Source: Macrostomum lignano
Taxonomy: Eukaryota
Direction of reading: 5' to 3'
Length of the DNA stretch: 64,000 bases
NCBI GenBank assembly: GCA_002269645.1
Contig: NIVC01001811.1
Coordinates: 1 to 64,000, forward strand
The first letter of the stretch is position 1, and each line of letters begins with the position of its first letter. A program made the translations under genes and the position numbers. Under the pieces are notes generated by a model. The model did not search any database. It saw only the letters and a program-made list of their open reading frames with translations, and was not told the origin of the DNA. Shown here piece after piece: positions 19,870 through 30,491 of the stretch.

Positions 19870-22112
19870 GCGGGCCGGGGGCGAGCCATGGGCCCCCCCA
19901 ACTGAGGGTGACGAACCTTTCCAGCCGCGCTCTCGCACCGACTGAACTGCAACTGCTGGAGCGCGGCCAGTCCTTCGTAGTGGCTCCTCGGTGCACCTCG
20001 GCGGAGTCTCTGGCGTCCGGCGTCCGCAACTTTGGCGAGCGTCTGGCCGTGTCGGCGGCTCGCGGCTTCAAGCGCGAACTGACGGTGGACGACGGTCCGC
20101 CGCTTCCCCGCCGCCCAACGGCCAGCATCGATCCGAGCCGCCTCCGGCCCGAAATTCAAGCCGCTCTGGCGGAGCTGGACGACGTCAGGGAGAACATCCG
20201 GGACTGCAGGAACGCTCCAAACATTAGCCAGGCGGAGGCAAAGGCACTGCGAGATCTGCGGGCAGACAAGTCCATCGTCATCAAGCCGGCCGACAAGGGC
20301 AGCCAGCTGGTCATCCTGGACCGGCAGGACTATGTCCGTGAATGCCTGCGTCAGCTGGAAGACCCGCTGTTTTACCGACCTCTGAGCGCACCGATCAGCC
20401 GCTTCACAGCCCAGATGATCCGCGGCGTCTTCAGATCGCTGCTGGACCGAAGGATCATCGATCGGCGCCAGTTCAACGCCTTCTGCCCGAAGGAGGAGTT
20501 CCGCACGCGGTGCTTCTACATCCTGCCGAAGATCCACAAGCCCGTCGAGTCGTGGCCGCTCGGCGACATTCCTCCGGGCCGGCCCATCGTGTCTGACGTG
20601 GACAGCGAGTCTTACGCCAGCGGCCGCTTCATCGACAGCTTCCTGCAGCCGATCGTCATCCAGCTGCCCAGCTTCATCAGGGACACTGACCACTTCCAAG
20701 CCGCCATCCGCGGGATCGCCTGTGCGGCGTCCGAGGAGTCCTTCCTGTTCACCATGGACGTCGCCAGCCTTTACACCAACATCCCGACCGCGGCCGGACT
20801 CGAGTGCGTACAGAGGGCCTTCAGGGAGCACCCGGATGCCAGGCGCCCAGACGCGAGCCTCCTCAGTCTGCTCAAGCTTAACCTGGAGCGCAACGACTTC
20901 GAATTCGACGGCAAATTTTTCCTGCAAGTGAAAGGCACGGCCATGGGGAAGTCGTTTGCACCCAGCTACAGCAACATCTACATGGGCTACTGGGAGCAGC
21001 GGGGCCTGGAGCTCAGCCCGCAGAAGCCCGCCCTGTGGCTGCGCTACATTGACGACATCTTCGGCGTCTGGCACGGAACGAGAGACGAGCTGGTCCGCTT
21101 CCACGAGCTCCTGGATGGCCTCGACCCGAACATCAGGTTGCAGCTGAGCTACAGCAGCACCGAGGTCAACTTCCTGGACACCACCGTCTTCTGGGACCGC
21201 GAGGGGGACTCCAAGCGTCTGGCGACTAGAGTCTTCTTCAAGCCCACGGACAGCCGAGCTCTTATCCACCGCGACTCATTCCACCCGAGGCGGACGTTCA
21301 AGGGTGTGGTCAAGTCCCAGCTCATCAGATACGCCCGCAGGTGCTCCCGGATGGTCGACTTCGACGCGGCCTGCACCGAGCTGCTGTCGAATCTGGTGCA
21401 GCACCAGGGCTACAACAGGCGTTTTCTACGCAATATCAAATACGAGGTGCTGGCGGAGCTGGGTTTCTACCCGACAAGGCGGTGGGAGTTCGGCTTCCTG
21501 CCGTGCAACCCGGCCCGGCTGTGCAAGTGCTGCCAGGCGCACGCCAGATTCACCTCCGTCTGCCCGGGATCCGCGTCCACGACCGTCAAGATCACCATCA
21601 GCCAGAGGATCGACTGCAACTCGGTCAACGCTGTCTACACCGTGTTCTGCCGCCGCTGCAGCTGCACGGTCTACGTCGGCGAGACGGTCAACAGCATCCG
21701 GGCCCGCATGCTAGCGCACGTCGGCGACATCAGGCACGCACGCGACACTCCGGTGGCCCGCCACTTCAGCAACGATGGCCATAGTCTCGAGGACTTTGCC
21801 TTCACCGGAGTGTGGACGCGGGACGGCTCTGGACCCAAGGCCAATGAACGACGTCAACGCCAGGAGGCCAAACTCATCGCGGTCCTGAAAACTCTGGTCC
21901 CACATGGCGCCAACGAGCTGGCCGGGGTGCTGCACAATCCGGCGATCCCACTGATTGTGCCGCACTGCGCTGGGTCAGACACCCTGGTTGCCAAGGTGAG
22001 GGACGGCGTGGCACAGCACTGCGATGCCCCTGTACTGCCGGCCTTCACTAAAGGGAGGAGCCTTCGGGATCTACTCTGCCACAGCCAGCTCGAACCAGCT
22101 TCTGCCAATTGA
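19866..22112 (+). CDS. PLE ORF2: reverse transcriptase + Cys-rich linker + GIY-YIG endonuclease; probably expressed as a -1 frameshift fusion with ORF1
   Basis: FYILPKIHK, PGRPIVS, TMDVASLYTNIP, QVKGTAMG, WLRYIDDIF, VNFLDTTV, FFKPTD. Linker CNPARLCKCC. EN motif NAVYTVFCRRC..VYVGET..RARM.AH, ..E..LI..L.T..P.G.NE. First in-frame ATG only at 20415. Confidence 0.95.
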   Translation: MSGPGASHGPPQLRVTNLSSRALAPTELQLLERGQSFVVAPRCTSAESLASGVRNFGERLAVSAARGFKRELTVDDGPPLPRRPTASIDPSRLRPEIQAALAELDDVRENIRDCRNAPNISQAEAKALRDLRADKSIVIKPADKGSQLVILDRQDYVRECLRQLEDPLFYRPLSAPISRFTAQMIRGVFRSLLDRRIIDRRQFNAFCPKEEFRTRCFYILPKIHKPVESWPLGDIPPGRPIVSDVDSESYASGRFIDSFLQPIVIQLPSFIRDTDHFQAAIRGIACAASEESFLFTMDVASLYTNIPTAAGLECVQRAFREHPDARRPDASLLSLLKLNLERNDFEFDGKFFLQVKGTAMGKSFAPSYSNIYMGYWEQRGLELSPQKPALWLRYIDDIFGVWHGTRDELVRFHELLDGLDPNIRLQLSYSSTEVNFLDTTVFWDREGDSKRLATRVFFKPTDSRALIHRDSFHPRRTFKGVVKSQLIRYARRCSRMVDFDAACTELLSNLVQHQGYNRRFLRNIKYEVLAELGFYPTRRWEFGFLPCNPARLCKCCQAHARFTSVCPGSASTTVKITISQRIDCNSVNAVYTVFCRRCSCTVYVGETVNSIRARMLAHVGDIRHARDTPVARHFSNDGHSLEDFAFTGVWTRDGSGPKANERRQRQEAKLIAVLKTLVPHGANELAGVLHNPAIPLIVPHCAGSDTLVAKVRDGVAQHCDAPVLPAFTKGRSLRDLLCHSQLEPASAN

Positions 22113-22526
22113 TATCAGCTGTACAAAGGCTCCTTTACTGCTATTTTCCCCTCTGTGATTTTTTCATTGACTTTATTTCGATTTATTCAGATTATTTATT
22201 TTCAGCTTTTTATTCATTTTTCTGACACTGTGTACGGTGCACCTGCATTTTTGCTCTGAGCATTTAATAATTATTTCTATTTACCTTACCTATTTATTTC
22301 GCCATTTATTTTTGCAATTTTTATTCTACACTTAAAGGTCGTCTAGGCCCAATTGTACAGTTTTAGCCACCCCCGCTTTTCTCATAGTCTCGGACTCGTT
22401 TTAATGTACTGACCATGCGCACTGTTTTAAGTGCTTGAGCACATCAATTTATCGATCGTCTCTCCCTGGCGATATCGCCTTTATATTTTGACGGCAATTC
22501 GCGCCAAATAAACTTCACTCGCTTAC

Positions 22527-22563
22527 AGCCCTGACGAAGAAATTTAATTTCGAAATATCGGCT
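22527..22563 (+). ncRNA. Minimal type-I hammerhead ribozyme in the 3' pseudo-LTR
   Basis: AGCC-CTGACGA-A-GAAAT(TTA)ATTTC-GAAA-TAT-C-GGCT. Stem I AGCC/GGCT, stem II GAAAT/ATTTC, palindromic ATAT in place of stem III. Predicted cleavage 3' of C22559. AATAAA at 22507-22512 just upstream. Confidence 0.88.
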
Positions 22564-22655
22564 ACTCAATTTAAATTGACTTTTTTCAGTCCTTTCTGAC
22601 TTTCTACCGTGTCAGTGCCCGAGATTGGAGGCGCCCTCCTCTCTCTCTCTCTCTC

Positions 22656-22925
22656 CCTCCTCTCCTCCCCCCTCTCCCCCTCCTTCTCCCTCTCTCTCCT
22701 CCTCTCCTCCTCCCTCTCCCCCTCCTTCTCCCTCTCTCTCCTCCTCTCCTCCCCCCTCTCCCCCTCCTTCTCCCTCTCTCTCCTCTCCCTTTCCCCCTCC
22801 TTCTCCCTCTCTCTTCTCCCTCTCTCTCTCTCCCCTCTCTCCTTCTCCCTCTCTCTCCTCCCCCCTCTCCCCCCTCTCTCTCCTCTCCCTCGTCCCTCTC
22901 CCTCTCCCCCTCCTTCTCCTTCCGT
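22656..22925. repeat. CT-rich minisatellite, right half of the PLE target
   Basis: Same unit as 17090-17587. Confidence 0.9.
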
Positions 22926-23359
22926 ATATTCTCCGTCTCTCACACTACATCTCTGAGTATAACTTTACTGCAGATAAGAAACAGAATTAAAAACTCTCCA
23001 GTGCAGATTTCTTTCTGTTAAATAAAGATAATGAAGTAGGCCAGTTAAATTCGCTCTGATCCTGGTGTTCGTTCGCTAGTTAGTTGCTTGTCTCGTTTAA
23101 CATGATTCTTTAGACTGAATTCGGAGTGTACAAAACCTGAAATAAATTAAATGTAATTGTAACAAATGGCATTGTTGCTACTATAAATGTGCTCAATGTT
23201 TTTGTATATCTGCATTATTTTTGTGCCTTTTTGATTTTTTGATTTTCAATTGTCTATGGCACATTGAGATCATTTCCAAACAAGGCACTTCATCTTGCTA
23301 GGCATTTTCAAAGGTTCTTCTATTTAAAAATCATATTCATCATCGAGCCAACTAACAAA

Positions 23360-23569
23360 ATGCCTGATGCCTTGAAACGTCGGGTGCCTTCATTTCGCGA
23401 GGTGTACATGCTGAGGCCTATCGACCTGCTTTACCTGGAGCCTGGCTACATTCTCGGGCTCACTGTGTCCGTCATCCTGCTGCTATTGCTGAGCAAGATT
23501 TGGCAATACTTTGCCGAAGATGAGGATAATAAAGCCGGCGCGGACAGTTTAAAATATTCTCTCGAATAA
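23360..23569 (+). CDS. Small single-pass membrane protein of unknown family (69 aa)
   Basis: ATG in AACAAAATG context. GC-rich island in AT-rich flanks. Hydrophobic stretch GYILGLTVSVILLLLLSKIW followed by an acidic tail. Confidence 0.45.
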   Translation: MPDALKRRVPSFREVYMLRPIDLLYLEPGYILGLTVSVILLLLLSKIWQYFAEDEDNKAGADSLKYSLE

Positions 23570-23844
23570 TTGCTACTTTCGATACATATCGGCTGAGATT
23601 TTTTACGTAAATTGCTTCGATGGACGGCGCAAATTTCTTTTGCTTACTACTTCTCGGGTAATACTATAGTAGTATCTGGCAAGCGTGAGTGATAGCCTAA
23701 AAATTGCAAAGTTCTGTCTGTCCTTTAAAACTTTTCCATGCCATGTTACGTAGGGTTACAGTTTTGTTAAAATATATATATCAATGTGAACTGCTTTACA
23801 CATGTTTCAATTTAATGCACAATAATTTTTTTAATGTCTAATGT

Positions 23845-24710
23845 CATTCCTGACACTAATATCATTGCTTACACACTAGTATCATTCTTGACACACTAAT
23901 GTAGCTCCTGACACACTAATGTCATTCCTGACACACTAATATCATTCTTGACACTAATGTCATTCCTGACACACTATTGTCATTCCTGACACACTAATAT
24001 CATTCCTGACACACTAATGTCATTCCTGACACACTTATGTTATTCTTGAAAAACTAATATCATTCCTGACACACTAATGTCATTCTTGACACACTATTGT
24101 CATTCCTGACACACTATTTTCATTCCTGACACACTAATGTCATTCCTGACACACTAATGTCATTCTTGACACACTAATGTCATTCCTAACACACTAATGT
24201 CATTCCTGACACACTAATGTCATTCTTGACACACTAATGTCATTCCTAACACACTAATGTCATTCCTGACACACTTATGTCATTTTTGACACACTAATAT
24301 CATTCCTGACACACTTATGTCATTTTTGACACACTATTGTCATTCTTGACACACTAATATCATTCCTGACACACTTATGTCATTTTTGACACACTAATAT
24401 CATTCCTGGCACACTTATGTCATTTTTGACACACTATTGTCATTCTTGACACACTATTGTCATTCCTGACACACTGATGTCATTCCTGACACACTATTGT
24501 CATTCCTGACACACTGATGTCATTCCTGACACACTATTGTCATTCCTGACACGCTGATGTCATTCCTGACACACTGATGTCATTCCTGACACACTATTGT
24601 CATTCCTGACACACTGATGTCATTTCTGACACACTATTGTCATTCCTGACACACTGATGTCATTCCTGACACCCTAATATCATTTCTGACACACTAATGT
24701 CATTCCTGAC
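23845..24710. repeat. 20-bp minisatellite (GTCATTCCTGACACACTAAT)n
   Basis: Direct tandem repeat. Confidence 0.95.
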
Positions 24711-25249
24711 ACTCCACAGTCTTCCCAAAACGCACAAGTAAGCACAGCTGTTTCTCAAAAGCGGGTTCCAATTTCACAATTGCATGTAACTGTTGAGTCA
24801 GTCTATTAAGAACAGTCGGACTTGAAGACACAGCTCGGCCCGTGTCAGGTTTCGGTGCAGCTGCACCGCCCCAGACTCCCTGCAGAAACATGACTCCACT
24901 AGCTGCCAGCATAGACGTGTGGTTACAGCACCCAATTTTTGCCGGCAGGTGTTTCAATATACAGGCCCGGTGAGAAAAACTTATTACGCTCGTATTAATT
25001 AAAAGAAGAATATTGCTCCTCTAGTGTCCAGTGTCTGCTTTTTTCTCGGGAACAAATGACAGGGCAGCCCCCCAGACAGCAAGCAAGGGATTAGAAACTA
25101 GTGCGAATATTTCTTTTTAGGCTTCTAATTAGAGTTCGGCTGCACTTGAAACTTTATATTCTGTTTCTATTGTATTCAAATAGGCTCATTCATGTGGGTC
25201 GTTTTTATTAAAAAATGCGGATTCAGGGGCGCCTGCATCAAGGACACGA

Positions 25250-26140
25250 TTTCATTTCATTTTGAGGGGGGTGCCATTTCATTTTGAGGGAGGCGCCATT
25301 TCATTTTGAGGGGGAGGCGCCATTTCATTTTGAGAGGCGCCATTTCATTTTGAGGGGGAGGCGCCATTTCATTTTGAGGGGGAGGCGCCATTTCATTTTG
25401 AGGGAGGCGCCATTTTATTTTGAGGGGGAGGCGCCATTTCATTTTGAGGGAGGCGCCATTTCATTTTGAGGGGGAGGCGCCATTTCATTTTGAGGGGGAG
25501 GTGCCATTTCATTTGAGGGGGAGGCGCCATTTCATTTTGAGGGGGAGGCGCCATTTTATTTTGAGGGGGAGGCGCCATTTCATTTTGAGGGGGAGGCGCC
25601 ATTTCATTTTGAGGGAGGCGCCATTTTATTTTGAGGGGGAGGCGCCATTTTATTTTGAGGGGGAGGCGCCATTTCATTTTGAGGGGGAGGCGCCATTTCA
25701 TTTTGAGGGGGAGGCGTCATTTCATTTTGAGGGGGAGGCGCCATTTCATTTTGAGGGGGAGGCGCCATTTCATTTTGAGGGAGGCGCCATTTCATTTTGA
25801 GGGGAAGGCGCCATTTCATTTTGAGGGAGGCGCCATTTCATTTTGAGGGGGAGGCGCCATTTCATTTTGAGGGGGAGGCGCCATTTCATTTTGAGGGAGG
25901 CGCCATTTTATTTTGAGGGGGAGGCGCCATTTTATTTTGAGGGGGAGGCGCCATTTCATTTTGAGGGGGAGGCGTCATTTCATTTTGAGGGGGAGGCGCC
26001 ATTTCATTTTGAGGGAGGCGCCATTTCATTTTGAGGGGAAGGCGCCATTTCATTTTGAGGGAGGCGCCATTTCATTTTGAGGGGGAGGCGCCATTTCATT
26101 TTGAGGGGGAGGCGCCATTTCATTTTGAGGGAGGCGCCAT
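25250..26140. repeat. 21-23-bp minisatellite (GGGGAGGCGCCATTTCATTTTGA)n
   Basis: Direct tandem repeat, immediately followed by a 39-bp array at 26143-26387. Confidence 0.95.
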
Positions 26141-26834
26141 TTTAAGAATCCCAATCTACAATAGGAGATCCCATTAGGGGATAAGAATCCCAATCTACAA
26201 TAGGAAATCCCATTAGGGGATAAGAATCCCGATCTACAATAGGAGATCCCATTAGGGGATAAGAATCCCAATCTACGATAGGAAATCTCATTAGGGGATA
26301 AGAATCCCAATCTACGATAGGAAATCTCATTAGGGGATAAGAATCCCAATCTACGATAGGAGATCTCATTAGGGGATAAGAATCCCCTACAATCTTGTGT
26401 TTACTAGCCTACTAAATTCGTCTTGCTTGCTGCGAAAACATGCGATTCTCTTTATTTTTTCCTTCTAGAATATTCGAAATTGTAAGAAACTCCCGGAAGA
26501 TAATTAGCTGATGGGGCAGGCAGGTGTGGCGCAGGAAATTGGCTCTCACAATCATTGTTCTCTATTTCTGGTGCGGAAAAAACGCAGGTCACGTGATTTG
26601 GCTTCTGCTTAGGGACTTAAGCTCGTCACTCGAATAGCTACTTGATAAACTCGAGAAAATCTTTAAGGTTTCCAGATTCCAAGCAGGATTTTATTGCCTT
26701 GCCTTTTTATTCTATTTTTACCATTTTCAAGAGCCGCAGGTGCCGCTCCTGCGGAGCTGCTCAAGATAATTGGCTCCAGTCACCGAGAGGCAAAGCAGAG
26801 TCACTCGAGCTGACAGACTCTTCTAACAAAAACT

Positions 26835-27595
26835 CTAGTTGTGACCATGGACTGTAGTTGTGACCATGGAGTCACTCTAGTTGTGACCATGGACTGTAGT
26901 TGTGACCATGGACTGTAGTTGTGACCATGGACTCTAGTTGTGACCATGGACTGTAGTTGTGACCATGGACTGTAGTTGTGACCATGGACTCTAGTTGTGA
27001 CCATGGACTGTAGTTGTGACCATGGAGTCACTCTAGTTGTGACCATGGACTGTAGTTGTGACCATGGACTGTAGTTGTGACCATGGACTCTAGTTGTGAC
27101 CATGGACTCTAGTTGTGACCATAGATTGTAGTTGTGACCATGATTGTAGTTGTGACCATGGAGTCACTCTAGTTGTGACCATGGACTGTACGTTGTGACC
27201 ATGGACTGTAGTTGTGACCATGGACTGTAGTTGTGACCATGGACTGTAGTTGTGACCATAGATTGTAGTTGTGACCATAGATTGTAGTTGTGACCATGAT
27301 TGTAGTTGTGACCATAGATTGTAGTTGTGACCATGATTGTAGTTGTGACCATAGATTGTAGTTGTGACCATAGATTGATTTTGTGACCATAGATTGTAGT
27401 TGTGACCATAGATTGTAGTTGTGACCATGATTGTAGTTGTGACCATAGATTGTAGTTGTGACCATGATTGTAGTTGTGACCATAGATTGTAGTTGTGACC
27501 ATGATTGTAGTTGTGACCATAGATTGTAGTTGTGACCATAGATTGATTTTGTGACCATAGATTGTAGTTGTGACCATAGACTCTAGTTTTAACCA
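26835..27595. repeat. 19-bp minisatellite (TGTGACCATGGACTGTAGT)n
   Basis: Direct tandem repeat. Confidence 0.95.
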
Positions 27596-28144
27596 TAGGC
27601 CCGGGTTTGCGGGAAGTGGATAGAGAATATCACCAATCAGAACACACCAGGTCACTTTTTGTTAATAACTTTGAAGATTTTATTGAAATTTTACCAAGTC
27701 AAAAATATAAACTTGCAACAGGACACACGCGGAGTCACTAAGCGCAGATCAAGTGCATATTTATAGTGAAATAGTCTATCATCTAGGAATTTAGATTAAG
27801 CCTAATTGTTTTGCATTGGATAAGTATGATAGTAAATATTACGCACAATACTGAATAATCGAAATGCACCCCGTGAACGGCGCAGAAAGACCAAATGACT
27901 GATGGACAGCTCTGCCCTCCCCTCTGCCCCCGCTGTCGCAGCGAAGGCAGAAATTAATTGACTTCACGGGCAGCAAAATTGATGATGGATATGCAGGGAG
28001 GGTCAAGACGGTCGGAACCGGCCACTCTCCAGCTGAGAAAATTGACCCAGCTGTTGGACTGGACTGCACTGGATGGACCTGCCGCGTCAGGCGGGTTGCG
28101 GCGCTTTGAAGGTCACGCAATTATCACGCAATAATCACGAGTGA

Positions 28145-28865
28145 GCAATTAGGGGATCAGGTAATCAAGAATTAGAGGATTACGGTGACCGAAATTAGGG
28201 GATTAATTAACTGGGAATTAGGGGATTGATTAACTGGGAATTAGGGTATTGATTAACTGGGAATTAGGGGATTGATTAACTGGGAATTAGGGGATTGATT
28301 AACTGGGAATTAGGGGATTGATTAACTGGGAATTCGGGTATTGATTAACTGGGAATTAGGGGATTGATTAACTGGGAATTCGGGTATTGATTAACTGGGA
28401 ATTAGGGGATTGATTAACTGGGAATTAGGGGATTAATTAACTGGGAATTAGGGTATTGATTAACTGGGAATTAGGGGATTGATTAACTGGGAATTAGGGG
28501 ATGAATTAGACAGAAATTAGGGGATGAATTTGACAGGAACTAGGGGATGAATTTGACAGGAACTAGGGGATGAATTTGACAGGAACTAGGGGTAGAATTA
28601 ATTAGGAATTAGTGGATTTATTAACCATAAATTAGGGAATGAATTAACCAGGAATTAGGGGATGAATTAACCAGGAATTAGGGGATTGATTAACCATGAA
28701 TTAGGGAATGAATTAAACAGAAATTAGGGGATGAATTAACCAGGAATTAGGGGATGAATTAACCAGGAATTAGGGGATGAATTAACCAGGAATTAGGGAA
28801 TGAATTAGACAGAAATTAGGGGATTAATTAACCTGAATTAAACTGACATCAATTAGGGATTAAGG
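28145..28865. repeat. 23-bp minisatellite (GATTAACTGGGAATTAGGGGATT)n
   Basis: Direct tandem repeat. Confidence 0.9.
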
Positions 28866-29809
28866 AGTAAATATAATTCAGGCATTTACGTTGTGTGGAA
28901 TTAGGCAATTTTGGGGCCAGAAATTAGGGTATTAAAGTTTTCTATTGGGCTGTTCAATGAAAAGCGTTAAAATTCATTTAATTCAAAGCTAAAATTCAAA
29001 AAAGGTTTTTCAAAATTTGTCAAGATTTTTTTTTGCTTCGTAGATTGATGCGTAAATATGTTCGGCATCTGAGCAGGGATTGGAGATCATATATTTAGTG
29101 AATCTTGTGGACGATCAAGGAGCCCAGAGATTAAGGATGCGAATGGCCACCACCCACGCTCTCTTTAGGGTTGGGTTGGCTCTCTCATCCCCATTCCCGT
29201 CTCCCCTCGATCTGTCTGAGATCCCGGACGCATAACTAAAAGATCTCGAAACCCAAATTTGTGTGGGAGGGTGCCCTGGCTTCCTGCTTACGTCCTACCT
29301 CGTTTATCAAACCCCGCCCCCACGAGCACCGGCTCTGACTCCGTGTCATAAAACTATAAACCCCCCCTTGGCGTCATTAAGTGCAACAAGGTTTGTATGA
29401 TGCTAGCAGAGGAAAGAGTACATAGTCTTTATTTGAGGTTTTATAGTAGAAAACAAATCACGTGACTCGCGATTTATTGATATCCAAGTTGGCAAGCTGC
29501 TATCTGCGCAGGACTGAACTTGCACTTTTGTGAGACTCGACTGAACAGAACGCGGCTGGATTCTGTCAGCTGATTATAGCTCTTACTGGTGACTTTAGTG
29601 CTTAGCAAATATAACTTTACCTATATTTGCTTGAACTTGTCTTTTGTCTATTGCTCTCAAAAATTACAAGAATCGAATGAGTAAACGTTTTTACTTTAAT
29701 ATTGTTTCAATGCAAGCCTGCCTTTTGAATACTTTTATATTGACAAATATTTACATGAAGCAATTAAGAGCACACATTGTAGGCTTGAACAAGACGCATA
29801 ATGTGCTTT

Positions 29810-30290
29810 GGGGCAGGGGTGTCGGGTTGTAAGTGTGGGGGTGGTTGTGTGGAGCCATTGCGCTCGGGGGGGGGCAGGGGCTGGGGTGTGAAGTGTGGGT
29901 TGAGGGTTTTGTGTGGAGCTATTGTGCTTTGGGGGCCAGGGGGCTGGGGTGTGAAGTGTGGGGGGAGGGGTTTGTGTGGAGCCATTGCGCTCGGGGGGCA
30001 GGGAGCTGGGGTGTGAAGTGTGGGGGAGGGGTTTGTGTGGAGCTATTGTGCTTTGGGGGCCAGGGTGCTGGGGTGTGAAGTGTGGGTTGAGGGTTTTGTG
30101 TGGAGCTATTGTGCTTTGGGGGCCAGGGGGCTGGGGTGTGAAGTGTGGGTTGAGGGTTTTGTGTGGAGCTATTGTGCTTTGGGGGCCAGGGGGCTGGGGT
30201 GTGAAGTGTGGGGGGAGGGGTTTGTGTGGAGCTATTGCGCTTTGGGGGCCAGGGTGCTGGGGTGTGAAGTGTGGGGGGAGGGGTGTGTGC
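29810..30290. repeat. ~59-bp G-rich minisatellite
   Basis: Repeated GGGGTGTGAAGTGTGGG...GTGTGGAGCTATTGTGCTTTGGGGGCCA. Confidence 0.9.
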
Positions 30291-30491
30291 AGCTTCGGGA
30301 GCAAAGTACAAAGCTAGAATAAAACTTTACAAAGCAACAGAGCGCGGATTGATCTATACTCGTGAATATATAGGCGATAAACTCAGTTATAAGCGAAGCA
30401 TTAGTACACTCGGGATAATTAGAACCTTTTGTGCGACAACAGCAATTCGTAACAATCAGTTTGATTTTTATGTATATACGTAGTCAGTGTT

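Larger units (their letters stand above)
17590..22655 (+). mobile_element. Penelope-like retroelement (Neptune-type, RT + GIY-YIG), apparently intact, with partial-tandem pseudo-LTRs
   Basis: Two open ORFs. A 123-bp identical direct repeat at 17590-17712 and 22533-22655. A hammerhead in the 3' repeat. Flanking 92-bp duplication (17496-17587 = 22656-22747). Confidence 0.93.

Noticed and set aside
19867-19905. UGA read-through/selenocysteine or re-initiation as the route into ORF2
   Set aside because: Frame 0 after the UGA hits another TGA at 19903-19905, and the ATG at 19888 is in frame 0. Neither reaches the RT frame; only a -1 shift does.
19731-21269. 512-aa minus-strand ORF and other overlapping ORFs in the PLE
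   Set aside because: Antisense shadows of a GC3-rich coding frame, with no independent motifs.
17590-22655. LTR retrotransposon interpretation of the direct repeats
   Set aside because: No TG...CA ends, PBS, integrase or protease. The RT and GIY-YIG motifs are PLE-type.
24700-28120. Short minus-strand ORFs at 24700-24957 and 27839-28120 and the GC-rich block at ~26730-26820
   Set aside because: Could be exons, but I found no recognisable motifs or consistent splice chain.
28145-28865. TTAGGG-containing array as an interstitial telomere
   Set aside because: TTAGGG occurs once per ~23-bp unit, not as (TTAGGG)n.
29100-29400. Unique GC-richer island, examined for a ribozyme or ncRNA
   Set aside because: No hammerhead, HDV, snoRNA or tRNA motif could be supported by eye.
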